The notes under the pieces are model-generated. The model ran no database searches, was not told where the DNA came from, and worked only from the letters and a program-made list of their open reading frames with translations. Made by a program: the position numbers and the translations under genes. Below are positions 1 to 7,737 of a stretch of DNA of 64,000 nt, one piece after another (position 1 is the first letter of the stretch; each line of letters starts with the position of its first letter). This DNA comes from Myxococcota bacterium (GTDB lineage Bacteria; Myxococcota_A; Polyangia; Nannocystales; Nannocystaceae). Where the stretch lies: contig JBCCHT010000003.1 in the NCBI GenBank assembly GCA_039028615.1, positions 416,001 through 480,000 on the forward strand, read 5' to 3'.

Positions 1-401
1 AGCACCTGAAAGCAGCTGTCGGCCGCGTCCCGCAGCTGGGGATGATCCCGGCGATCGCCCAGGGTCTCGCCGAACATCAGCCGGAACACCCCGGGATTGT
101 CGGCGGCGAACTCCACATAGGCCGCGCCCGCCTTCTGCATCTCGACGAGGGCGGGGGCGCTTTGGTTGGCCGCCTCCTCGAGGGCCTGGCGCAGCTTCAT
201 GAACCCCTCGAGCGCGACCTCGGCCAGCACCGCCCGCTTGTCGGCGAAGTGCCGATAGGTTGCGGGATGACTCACGCCGACATCGGCCGCGAGGCTCCGC
301 AGGGTCAGCGCATGCGTGCCCTCGGCCTCGATCTTGCGGCCCGCTGCCACGAGCAAGGCCTCCCGTAGGTTGCCGTGGTGATAGCTGCGTCGACCCGCCA
401 T
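1..401 (-). CDS. TetR/AcrR family transcriptional regulator (3' end runs off the window)
   Basis: Not in the ORF track. Manual translation from ATG at 401 gives MAGRRSYHHGNLREALLVAAGRKIEAEGTHALTLRSLAADVGVSHPATYRHFADKRAVLAEVA...AYVEFAADNPGVFRLMFG, a classic TetR HTH with the YHHGNLR start; frame is open to position 1. Confidence 0.92.
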   Translation of the reverse strand, partial: MAGRRSYHHGNLREALLVAAGRKIEAEGTHALTLRSLAADVGVSHPATYRHFADKRAVLAEVALEGFMKLRQALEEAANQSAPALVEMQKAGAAYVEFAADNPGVFRLMFGETLGDRRDHPQLRDAADSCFQV

Positions 402-439
402 TTGACGCGCAGGATACTCGATGTTACCGTTGGTAACAA
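402..439. promoter_or_regulatory. Overlapping divergent sigma70-like promoters with a palindromic TetR-type operator
   Basis: Plus strand: TTGACG (402-407), 17 nt, TACCGT (425-430) with TG at 422-423. Minus strand: TTGTTA (439-434), 17 nt, TATCCT (416-411). Inverted repeat TGTTACC-gtt-GGTAACA at 422-438. Confidence 0.75.
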
Positions 440-1873
440 ATGCAGACCTCCGCCCCCTCCCCATTGCCCGCGCTGCCCGACTGGCGGCCCATGCTCGAAG
501 ATCCACGCCCGCAGCCGTCCTTCGTCCCGCTGCGGGTGGAGGGCCGGTTACCTCCTGAACTTCGGGGGACCTTCGTGCGCAATGGCCCGGCGTTGTCCCA
601 CGCGATGGGCACCGACTACGAGCACTGGTTCGACGGCGACGGAGGCTTGGTGGCGGTGCAGCTGGGCGACGGACGGGCCCGGGGAGCGCTGCGCCTCATC
701 GAGACGGCGGGACTGGCCAAGGAGCGTAAGCGCGGGCGTCGGCTCTTTCCCGGCTTCGGCACGCATGCCCCCGCGTGGTGGCACCCGTGGTCGGTCAAGA
801 ACGTCGCCAACACCAACGTCATCCCGTGGCAGGGGCGGCTGCTGGCGTTGTGGGAGGGCGGGCGACCCCATGAGGTGAGCCTCGAGACGCTGCAGACCCG
901 CGGGCTCACGTCCCTGGGTGGAGTGGTGCCCGGGGCGTTCTCAGCTCACCCCCACCGCGTGCAGGCGCGGGCGGCCGTCTACAACTTCGGCGTTCGTCCT
1001 CGGCTGCGCGGTGCACTCCTCGATCTGTTCGAGCTGCCCGACCAGGGGCCCGCGCGACGACTGGCCTCGCTGCCGCTGCCGAGCATGCCCTTCATCCACG
1101 ACTTCATCGCCACCGAGCGGCACCTGGTGTTCTTCATCAGCCCCGTGTTCGTGGACATCCCGCGGTTTTTGCTCGGGCCGCGGACCTACGCCGAGTGCAT
1201 GCAGTGGAAGCCCGAGGTCGGCACCGAGGTGTTGGTGGTGCCCATCGACGACCCCGCTCGCCCCGTGCGCTTCCGCAGCGAGGCGTCGTGGCAGTGGCAC
1301 TTCGGCAACGCCTTCGAGCGAGGCGACGAGATCGTCGTGGACCTGGTGCGCTTCGATTCCTTCTCGCTCATCGGGGTCTCGTCCGAGCTCCACGACGACG
1401 ACCGCGGCGTGGTCGACCACGGGTGGCCGGCGCGGGCGGTCATCGACCGGCGGGCGCGGTCGCTACGCTGGGAGACCTGGGCCGAGCGCAGCATGGAGTT
1501 TCCTCGGGTGGCGCCCTCGGTGGAAGGGGGCGAGCATCGCCATGTGTATATGGCGGCCCATGGGTCACAGGCTCAGCGAGAAGGCACCTTGTTCGATCGA
1601 ATCGTCAAGCTCGACACGAGTGTGGGTACTTTCGAAGAGTACGAGTTCGACTGTGGGGTCTTTGCAAGTGAGCCAATTTTTACCCCGAGCCCACATTCGA
1701 AGTGTGACGATGATGGTTGGGTGATGAGCCTGGTCTACGATGCCCCGAACCACCGTAGTCACGTCGCGGTATTCGATGCGCAGGACCTGTCCGGTGGGCC
1801 GGTCGCCCGCGTGCATTTCGATCGGCACGTGCACTACACCTTCCACGGGAGCTTCGTGCCCGAGGCCGTGTAG
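440..1873 (+). CDS. Carotenoid cleavage oxygenase / lignostilbene dioxygenase family (RPE65 superfamily)
   Basis: VEGRLPPELRGTFVRNGP, HWFDGDG, NVANTN, and four putative Fe-ligand His in FSAHPH, FIHDF, WHFGNAFE and HYTFHG; EPIF...DDGW near the C-terminus. Confidence 0.93.
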   Translation: MQTSAPSPLPALPDWRPMLEDPRPQPSFVPLRVEGRLPPELRGTFVRNGPALSHAMGTDYEHWFDGDGGLVAVQLGDGRARGALRLIETAGLAKERKRGRRLFPGFGTHAPAWWHPWSVKNVANTNVIPWQGRLLALWEGGRPHEVSLETLQTRGLTSLGGVVPGAFSAHPHRVQARAAVYNFGVRPRLRGALLDLFELPDQGPARRLASLPLPSMPFIHDFIATERHLVFFISPVFVDIPRFLLGPRTYAECMQWKPEVGTEVLVVPIDDPARPVRFRSEASWQWHFGNAFERGDEIVVDLVRFDSFSLIGVSSELHDDDRGVVDHGWPARAVIDRRARSLRWETWAERSMEFPRVAPSVEGGEHRHVYMAAHGSQAQREGTLFDRIVKLDTSVGTFEEYEFDCGVFASEPIFTPSPHSKCDDDGWVMSLVYDAPNHRSHVAVFDAQDLSGGPVARVHFDRHVHYTFHGSFVPEAV

Positions 1874-2076
1874 CGCCGCTGACGCGCCGTTTGGTGGCGG
1901 TTGCGTGTCAGTAGGAGGAAGGGAGGGGATCTCCTCCCTGCTCGAAGGGTACGGCTCGACCGAGCGATATCGCCCGTCTTGATTTCAAATGGCTCGTATT
2001 CGCCCGCAATTTGCGATCCCGCGCGCCCGCCCTGCGGAATCTGCCATGGTGGCCCATTCGTGCGCGACGATGAGAA

Positions 2077-2105
2077 TCATTGTTCGACTGTCACTCGAAC
2101 AATGA
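2077..2105. promoter_or_regulatory. Perfect 11-bp inverted repeat in an AT-richer intergenic region (possible protein-binding site)
   Basis: TCATTGTTCGA-ctgtcac-TCGAACAATGA. Confidence 0.45.
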
Positions 2106-2262
2106 CAACGACGTTATTCGATCAATGCGTGGTGCCGAATCTTCATGCATGAACTCGAGGGGACGACCGTGGTGATGGTGGAGTTGCTTGAATCCGAACG
2201 GGTGATTTTAATGTGAAGGAAACCCCCATCGGGTGAAATATTGCAGGTACTATCACTAGCGG

Positions 2263-2790
2263 ATGGAGCGTTTCGAGTCGGGTTCATCGGTCATCTACTG
2301 CGATGACAGTCATTTTCCGGTGGTCATCTCGACGTGGATCGGGGCGGCGACACTGGACAACAGCCAGGAGTATCTCACGTGGATGGATGCGCAACTACAG
2401 CGTGCTACACGTGAGGAGGTTCGGCTGATTTCGATCTCCGACAGTGCAGACGCGAAGCGGCCTCCACCCGAGGTTCGGCGGCTCTTCGTCGATTGGATCA
2501 ACAACAACGAAGAATCGACGGGAGATTCGTTCGTGGTGATCACCAATGCGCTGGTACGTGGCGCGCTGACGGCGATTGGGTGGCTGGCGCCCTCGGCCCA
2601 GAAGGTGAACACGGTGAAGGACTTGCCTACGGCGCTGAGCAAGGCACGGGGGCTGCTGGCGGAACGCGGGCTGACGGTCCCGGGAGGCCTGACCTCGGAG
2701 CGCTACGTACGACCGGGGCAGGACGCGGCCCGCAAGGTGGTCCGCAGCAATAGCGAAGCCGCGGCGATGATGAGTTCCTCCTCTCGCTAG
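2263..2790 (+). CDS. Hypothetical protein, STAS/SpoIIAA-like alpha/beta domain common in myxobacteria
   Basis: 175 aa ORF; pattern DDSHFPVV..TW.G...D....PPPEVRR...FVVITNALVRGALTAIGWL. Confidence 0.65.
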   Translation: MERFESGSSVIYCDDSHFPVVISTWIGAATLDNSQEYLTWMDAQLQRATREEVRLISISDSADAKRPPPEVRRLFVDWINNNEESTGDSFVVITNALVRGALTAIGWLAPSAQKVNTVKDLPTALSKARGLLAERGLTVPGGLTSERYVRPGQDAARKVVRSNSEAAAMMSSSSR

Positions 2791-2878
2791 GTCGAAGGGC
2801 GCACCAGCCGAGGCAGGGCGGGGTCGATGGGGCTCCGCCCTTTGTCGTGGTTCGAGCCGCCGTGGCGGGGGTGACCGG

Positions 2879-3622
2879 TCAGTGCGGGGAAGAGACGACG
2901 GTGGCGGTCTGGATGTAGTCGAGCCGCGGGAAGTCGGAGAGGTAGGGATTGCCCTCGTCGGTGAAGCGCCGCTGGTTGGGGCCCTCGCCCATGGGCGCGC
3001 ACTCGCCATAGCCGGTGTAGAGGCTGAGCACGGTGTACATGCCCGTATGAACCTCACCGAAGGGGGCGAACTCGAGTTCGTCGAGGAACTGGTTGTCCAC
3101 GGTGTTGATGAACAGCTGCGCCGTTCGGCTGTTGGGGGCCTTCGACTTGGCGAAGGCGATGGTGCCGGTCAGGTTGCTGTGGGTCGCGGGCTCGTCGGGG
3201 ATGGGGGCGTCGTTCCACTTCTGGGTGACGAAGGGATCGCCGTGGACGCCGAACTGGACCATGAAGTTCGGGACGGCGCGGTAGAACGCGACTTCTTGGT
3301 AGTAGCCGGCCTCGACGAGGTTGAAGAATCGATCGGCGGCCAGGGGAGCCCAGTCGCGGTGGACGGCGACCAGGAAGTCACCCCGTGTCGTCTCGAAGCG
3401 CACCTCGAATTCGTCGGGAGCACGGCGAGTGGCGAGCTCGGGGTGCATGAGCGGATCGAGGGCCGACTCGCTCTTGGCCGGGCGTGAATCGTCGCTCGTC
3501 GCTTCGGGTGCGGCCGCGGGCGAAGGGGCGGCGGGCTCGGTCGGGGCGGGCTTGCAGGCGCTCAGGCCGAGGGCGAGGCCGAGGGCACAAAGGGACGAGG
3601 GGGCACGCGGAGTCCACGGCAT
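2879..3622 (-). CDS. Cyclophilin-type peptidyl-prolyl cis-trans isomerase, lipoprotein
   Basis: FETTRGDF..APLAADRFFNLV..GYY..FYRAVPNFMVQFG, GTIAFAK, RTAQLFIN, FAPFGEV; lipobox LSAC. Start taken at MPWTPR. Confidence 0.93.
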   Translation of the reverse strand: MPWTPRAPSSLCALGLALGLSACKPAPTEPAAPSPAAAPEATSDDSRPAKSESALDPLMHPELATRRAPDEFEVRFETTRGDFLVAVHRDWAPLAADRFFNLVEAGYYQEVAFYRAVPNFMVQFGVHGDPFVTQKWNDAPIPDEPATHSNLTGTIAFAKSKAPNSRTAQLFINTVDNQFLDELEFAPFGEVHTGMYTVLSLYTGYGECAPMGEGPNQRRFTDEGNPYLSDFPRLDYIQTATVVSSPH

Positions 3623-3797
3623 TTCGCCGACCCTAACAAAGCGATCGCACAGGTTCGTCCTGCGCGCCGCGAATGTACGTGTGGCCCAGATCGGGAGCCG
3701 AGATCGCACATTCTGTCACGCGGTGGCGATGCGGCGGACGTGAACGAAGTTCGTGATATCGGGCATTGCCGCATTGCTCGACGGTGCGCCACGGTCG

Positions 3798-5039
3798 ATG
3801 ATTCCGGCCGTGAACCGCCCCCACCTGCCCACGTTGTTCCTGTTGTCGCTGTCCGCTGCTCCGCTGGCGCTGGCCGGTTGCGACAAGAAGCCCGAGTCCG
3901 GCGACAAGGCGGCAAAGGCCGATGCGAAGAAGAAGCCCGCGGGCAAGGACGCGGGTAAAGCGGACGCGAAGAAGGCGGACGCGGGCAAAGCGGATGCGAA
4001 GAACGACGACGCGAAGAAGGCGGAGCCGGGCAAGGCCGATGACGCGCCGAAAGAGGTGAAGCAGGCCCCACCCGAGGAGCCCACCAAGCCGCCCATCGTG
4101 TACGCGGTCGGCAAAGAGGTGTGGCGGGTGCAGGCCGACGGATCTGGGGCGAAGTCGATGGGCATCGAGGTCGAGGTCAAGGGGGACGGAACGGGGGCCA
4201 TCAACACGGGCTCGAACAGCGCGGCGGTCTCGGCCGACGGCGCTCACTTGGCCTACCTCCAAGATGCCAACTTGTATGTGGCCACGCTCGGGGACGACGG
4301 GGCCAAGGGGACGGCGCTGACCAAGATGCCGCCCGCCAAGGACGACTTCATCGTCGCCGCGGAGATTTCGTTCACCGGGTGGTCGCCCGATGGCCAGACC
4401 TTGGTCGTGTTCCTCACCGAGCCGAGCTATGCCGAGGAGGACCCTCTGCCCATGCCGGCCGGGGCCGAGTATGGCGCTCACGTGCTGTCCGCCTCCGACA
4501 TGAAGCTGACCCGGGCGCCCCACATCGCCGGGGCCATGGACTGGAGCCCGGACTCGAAGTGGGTCGTCGAGAACAAGCACGGTTCGGCGGCCGACTACAG
4601 CCTGGTGGCGTATGCCATCGCGGGCGGGCCGGTCGAGAACCTGCGCTCGACCTCCGACCAGTACGGCTTTGGCCAGCTCGACGTCGCGGGCAGCCACGTG
4701 GCGTGGAACGCCTCGGGCCCCGACGGTAAATTCAGCCAGGTCGTGGCCGCGCCCTACGCTGGCGGCGACCCGGTGCCGCTGACCGAGCAAAAGGGTTTCG
4801 CCGACATCCAGTGGCCGCGGCTGTCGCCGAAGGGCGATCGGGTGCTGGCCCAGATCTCGGGGACGTGGAAGCTCAGCCAGGGCGCGGCGGCTCCGAGCGC
4901 ACTCGAGGTTCCCGAGGACTCGCGCTGGGACGACAACGACCACCTGCTGGCGATCACCCCCGAGGGGCTGGTCCGCATGGACCTCGAAGGCAAGAAGGTC
5001 GTGCTCGACGCCAAGGCGACCGCGCTGATTCGGCAGTAG
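3798..5039 (+). CDS. Lipoprotein with Lys/Ala/Asp-rich linker and TolB/PD40-like beta-propeller
   Basis: Lipobox LAGC; KADAKK repeats; AVSADG, WSPDG, WSPDS and LSPKG blade motifs. Start uncertain (3753-3810). Confidence 0.75.
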   Translation: MIPAVNRPHLPTLFLLSLSAAPLALAGCDKKPESGDKAAKADAKKKPAGKDAGKADAKKADAGKADAKNDDAKKAEPGKADDAPKEVKQAPPEEPTKPPIVYAVGKEVWRVQADGSGAKSMGIEVEVKGDGTGAINTGSNSAAVSADGAHLAYLQDANLYVATLGDDGAKGTALTKMPPAKDDFIVAAEISFTGWSPDGQTLVVFLTEPSYAEEDPLPMPAGAEYGAHVLSASDMKLTRAPHIAGAMDWSPDSKWVVENKHGSAADYSLVAYAIAGGPVENLRSTSDQYGFGQLDVAGSHVAWNASGPDGKFSQVVAAPYAGGDPVPLTEQKGFADIQWPRLSPKGDRVLAQISGTWKLSQGAAAPSALEVPEDSRWDDNDHLLAITPEGLVRMDLEGKKVVLDAKATALIRQ

Positions 5040-5087
5040 ACACCCTGCTCGGTCGGCCGAGGCGGGCTGCGAAAACCGCCGCCTCGG

Positions 5088-5390
5088 TCAGGCCGGGTCG
5101 TCGTCGCTGGCCTTGGCGGCCAGGGAGGCGCGCAGCGCATCCTCGAGGCTCGGCTGATTCGCGCTGAGCCCTTGGAGGTGATCGATGCGCTCGAACTCGT
5201 AGTGCCCCTCGATCTTCGTGTTGAAGAACGTGCCCTTGGCGGGCGCACGCATGAGCCATTCGTGGGTGCTCGAGGGCACGCCGCGGTAGCGATAGATCTT
5301 CCCGGAGCGGAACTCGACCTCGAGCGTCTCCGACTCCGCGTCGTAGCCCACCGATCGAAGAGCGCCGGATTCCACTTCCGTGCGGTCCAT
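5088..5390 (-). CDS. KTSC domain protein
   Basis: MDRTEVESGALRSVGYDAESETLEVEFRSGKIYRYRGVP....EWLMRAPAKGTFFNTKI matches the KTSC consensus; it is the C-terminal 100 aa of ORF 5088..6239. Confidence 0.9.
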   Translation of the reverse strand: MDRTEVESGALRSVGYDAESETLEVEFRSGKIYRYRGVPSSTHEWLMRAPAKGTFFNTKIEGHYEFERIDHLQGLSANQPSLEDALRASLAAKASDDDPA

Positions 5391-5450
5391 GGGGCATCTT
5401 GGCTCGTTTTTTCGGTTGACATCAAGGCGCGTTCGGACCACCGATGGTTC

Positions 5451-7721
5451 ATGCACGCGCTTTGGTCCCGGGTTCGCGAGGGTCGTCATGCGGTGGTCGA
5501 GGGCAGCCTTCCCGCGCTGCCGACCACCGAGGAGGGCGAGCCCACCTGGGTCATCGTGCGAGTCGGCCGCGAGGGCCCCTGGTCGACGTGGGGCGCCATC
5601 GAGGGGGCCCGGCGGCGGATCGAAGAGCTGTTCGGCGAGCAGAGCCTGCCCTGGGACCAGGCGGTGGACCGCATGGGCTCCAGCAACCGGCTGCTGGGCG
5701 ACCTGCCCCGGCCGAGCACCGAGGCGACCCTGGTCGGCGCCGCCAATCGTCTCGCCGACCAGCACCCGCAGCGCAGCGCCCTGGTGCTCGAGCAGGTCGA
5801 CGAGGCGGACGAGGCCACGGTGCAGGCGCTGCACGAGATCCTCGGGCGCGAAGGCTGGCTGAGGCTGCCCTTGGTGCTGTGCATCGGGGCCGCGCCCGAG
5901 CAGGGAGCGCTGGCCGAGCTGCTCGCCCGCATCGACGGCGATGCGATCGTGGGCGAGGCCGCGAGCGCCGACGACGACGATGGTTACGAGTGGTCCGGTC
6001 TGCCCGCCGAGCAGCTGATGGTGATGCGCGCCGCGGCGGTGATCGGCCGCAGCTTCGAGACCGAGCTGGTCTCTCGGCTGCTGGGGGTCTCCGAAGACGC
6101 GGTGCTCATGCGCCTGCAGCAGGCGGTCGACCTCGGAGCACCCGTGACCGATCAGGGCGGGGGCCAGTTCGTGATGGCCGACGGTAGTCAGCGCGCGCTG
6201 GTGCGGCGCATTCTGCCGTCGCTGGTCGAGCGCTGGCATCGACGCCTGGGGGCGCTTTTGGCCGAGCCCCCCGATCTGTCCTTCGACATCGACATCGACG
6301 AGCCCCGTGCGGACGAGCCCGGGTTCATCGACGACGAGGTGGTGGTCGAGGTCGACGAAGAGACCGAGGCGGCCACGCCGGGCGAGAGCACGGAGGACGA
6401 CGAGGCCGACTACACCGAGCTCCTCGAGGCTCCCGAGCAGGCGCCGCTACGCGCCCCGAGCCACGACGGCGACGAGGGTGAAGGCGGTGACGATGGCGAG
6501 GAGGAGACCTCCTCCACCATGCGCCTCGAGCCCGAGGATGCCCAGCGCCTGCTCGGCGCCGCTCGGGCGGCGTATCAGGCCCGAGACCAGGCCCGCGCGG
6601 CCCATCACCTCGAAGAGGCGGGCCTGCCCGAGCGGGCCGTCGAGCAGTACCTCGCGGCCTTGCGCACCGTCGCCGCCCGCGGTGACAGCCGCCGCGCCCT
6701 GGTCATCGCCGAGCAAGCGTTGACCTTGCTCGAGCGTCAGCCCGCGTCGAGGGCTCGCGACCTGCTTCATGCTCGCGTGCTGGCCATGATGGCGCGCGTG
6801 CAGTGGCGCGGGGCGGGCGGTGGTTCGTCGCTCACGCTGCAGGGGGCGCTGGAGTCCCTCGACGTGGCCATCGAGCTGCTCGGTCACGAGGCGCCGCTCG
6901 AGCTCGGCACCGAGATCGCCCAGCTCGTGGCGGGCGTCTGCTACGACCTGGGCGACATCTCGTCGCTGCAGCGAGCCTTGGACGCGCTCACCGATGCCGC
7001 TCGCGACCTCATGAATGCGGGCGAGTCGACCCGGGCCGCGCGCCTGCTCAACGACCAGGCCGCCGTGTATCTGCGGGCGGGCGACCCGGTGCGGGCCAAT
7101 CACCTGCTCCAGCAGTCGCGCAGCATCTTCGACGACATGCATCGCAGCAAGCCCGACGATCCCACCGTGATCATCGAGCGGGCCGAGACCGAGCACCTGC
7201 TCGCGCGGCTGCCCCTGCATGCCCGGCTGCGCTCGGGTCGAGAGGACGATGCCTACTCGTTGGCGCTGGGCCATGCTCGGTCGGCGGCCGAGGGCTACAA
7301 GCGGCTCGGGGGGCGAGTCGAGCTCGGTCGCGTGTACGAGAGCATGGGGCGGCTCGAGACCGCGCGGGGGCGCTACGAGCAGGCGGCCAAGCACATCGAC
7401 GCGGCGCTGGAGATCAGTCGGCAGCTCGAGGACGTGACCGGCTTGGCCCGAGGCACCGCGGCACTGGCCGACTTGTATATCGCCGACGAGCGCCCGGCCG
7501 AGGCCCTGGGGGCGCTGAGCGAGTCGGTGGCGTTCAACGTCGAGAAGGGCTCCCCGCTGGGGCTGGCCGTCAATCGTCGCACGATGGATCGCCTGGGCTC
7601 GGCCATCGCCGGGGCCTCGACCGAGCAAGAGCTGACCAAGGCGGTCGAGGAGCTCGATGCCTCGCTGCGCAATGCGGAGTCCATGCTCGGCCGGGTGAGC
7701 GTGCCCGACGAATCGACCTAG
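5451..7721 (+). CDS. Degenerate STAND/MalT-like ATPase-winged helix-TPR protein
   Basis: Walker-B-like ALVLEQVDEAD, AAAVIGRSF..ELVSRLL winged-helix motif, HRRLG, AHHLEEAG and TPR-like helices; no Walker A found. Start at MHALW is inferred. Confidence 0.65.
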   Translation: MHALWSRVREGRHAVVEGSLPALPTTEEGEPTWVIVRVGREGPWSTWGAIEGARRRIEELFGEQSLPWDQAVDRMGSSNRLLGDLPRPSTEATLVGAANRLADQHPQRSALVLEQVDEADEATVQALHEILGREGWLRLPLVLCIGAAPEQGALAELLARIDGDAIVGEAASADDDDGYEWSGLPAEQLMVMRAAAVIGRSFETELVSRLLGVSEDAVLMRLQQAVDLGAPVTDQGGGQFVMADGSQRALVRRILPSLVERWHRRLGALLAEPPDLSFDIDIDEPRADEPGFIDDEVVVEVDEETEAATPGESTEDDEADYTELLEAPEQAPLRAPSHDGDEGEGGDDGEEETSSTMRLEPEDAQRLLGAARAAYQARDQARAAHHLEEAGLPERAVEQYLAALRTVAARGDSRRALVIAEQALTLLERQPASRARDLLHARVLAMMARVQWRGAGGGSSLTLQGALESLDVAIELLGHEAPLELGTEIAQLVAGVCYDLGDISSLQRALDALTDAARDLMNAGESTRAARLLNDQAAVYLRAGDPVRANHLLQQSRSIFDDMHRSKPDDPTVIIERAETEHLLARLPLHARLRSGREDDAYSLALGHARSAAEGYKRLGGRVELGRVYESMGRLETARGRYEQAAKHIDAALEISRQLEDVTGLARGTAALADLYIADERPAEALGALSESVAFNVEKGSPLGLAVNRRTMDRLGSAIAGASTEQELTKAVEELDASLRNAESMLGRVSVPDEST

Positions 7722-7737
7722 CGCCGCCGTCGCGAGG

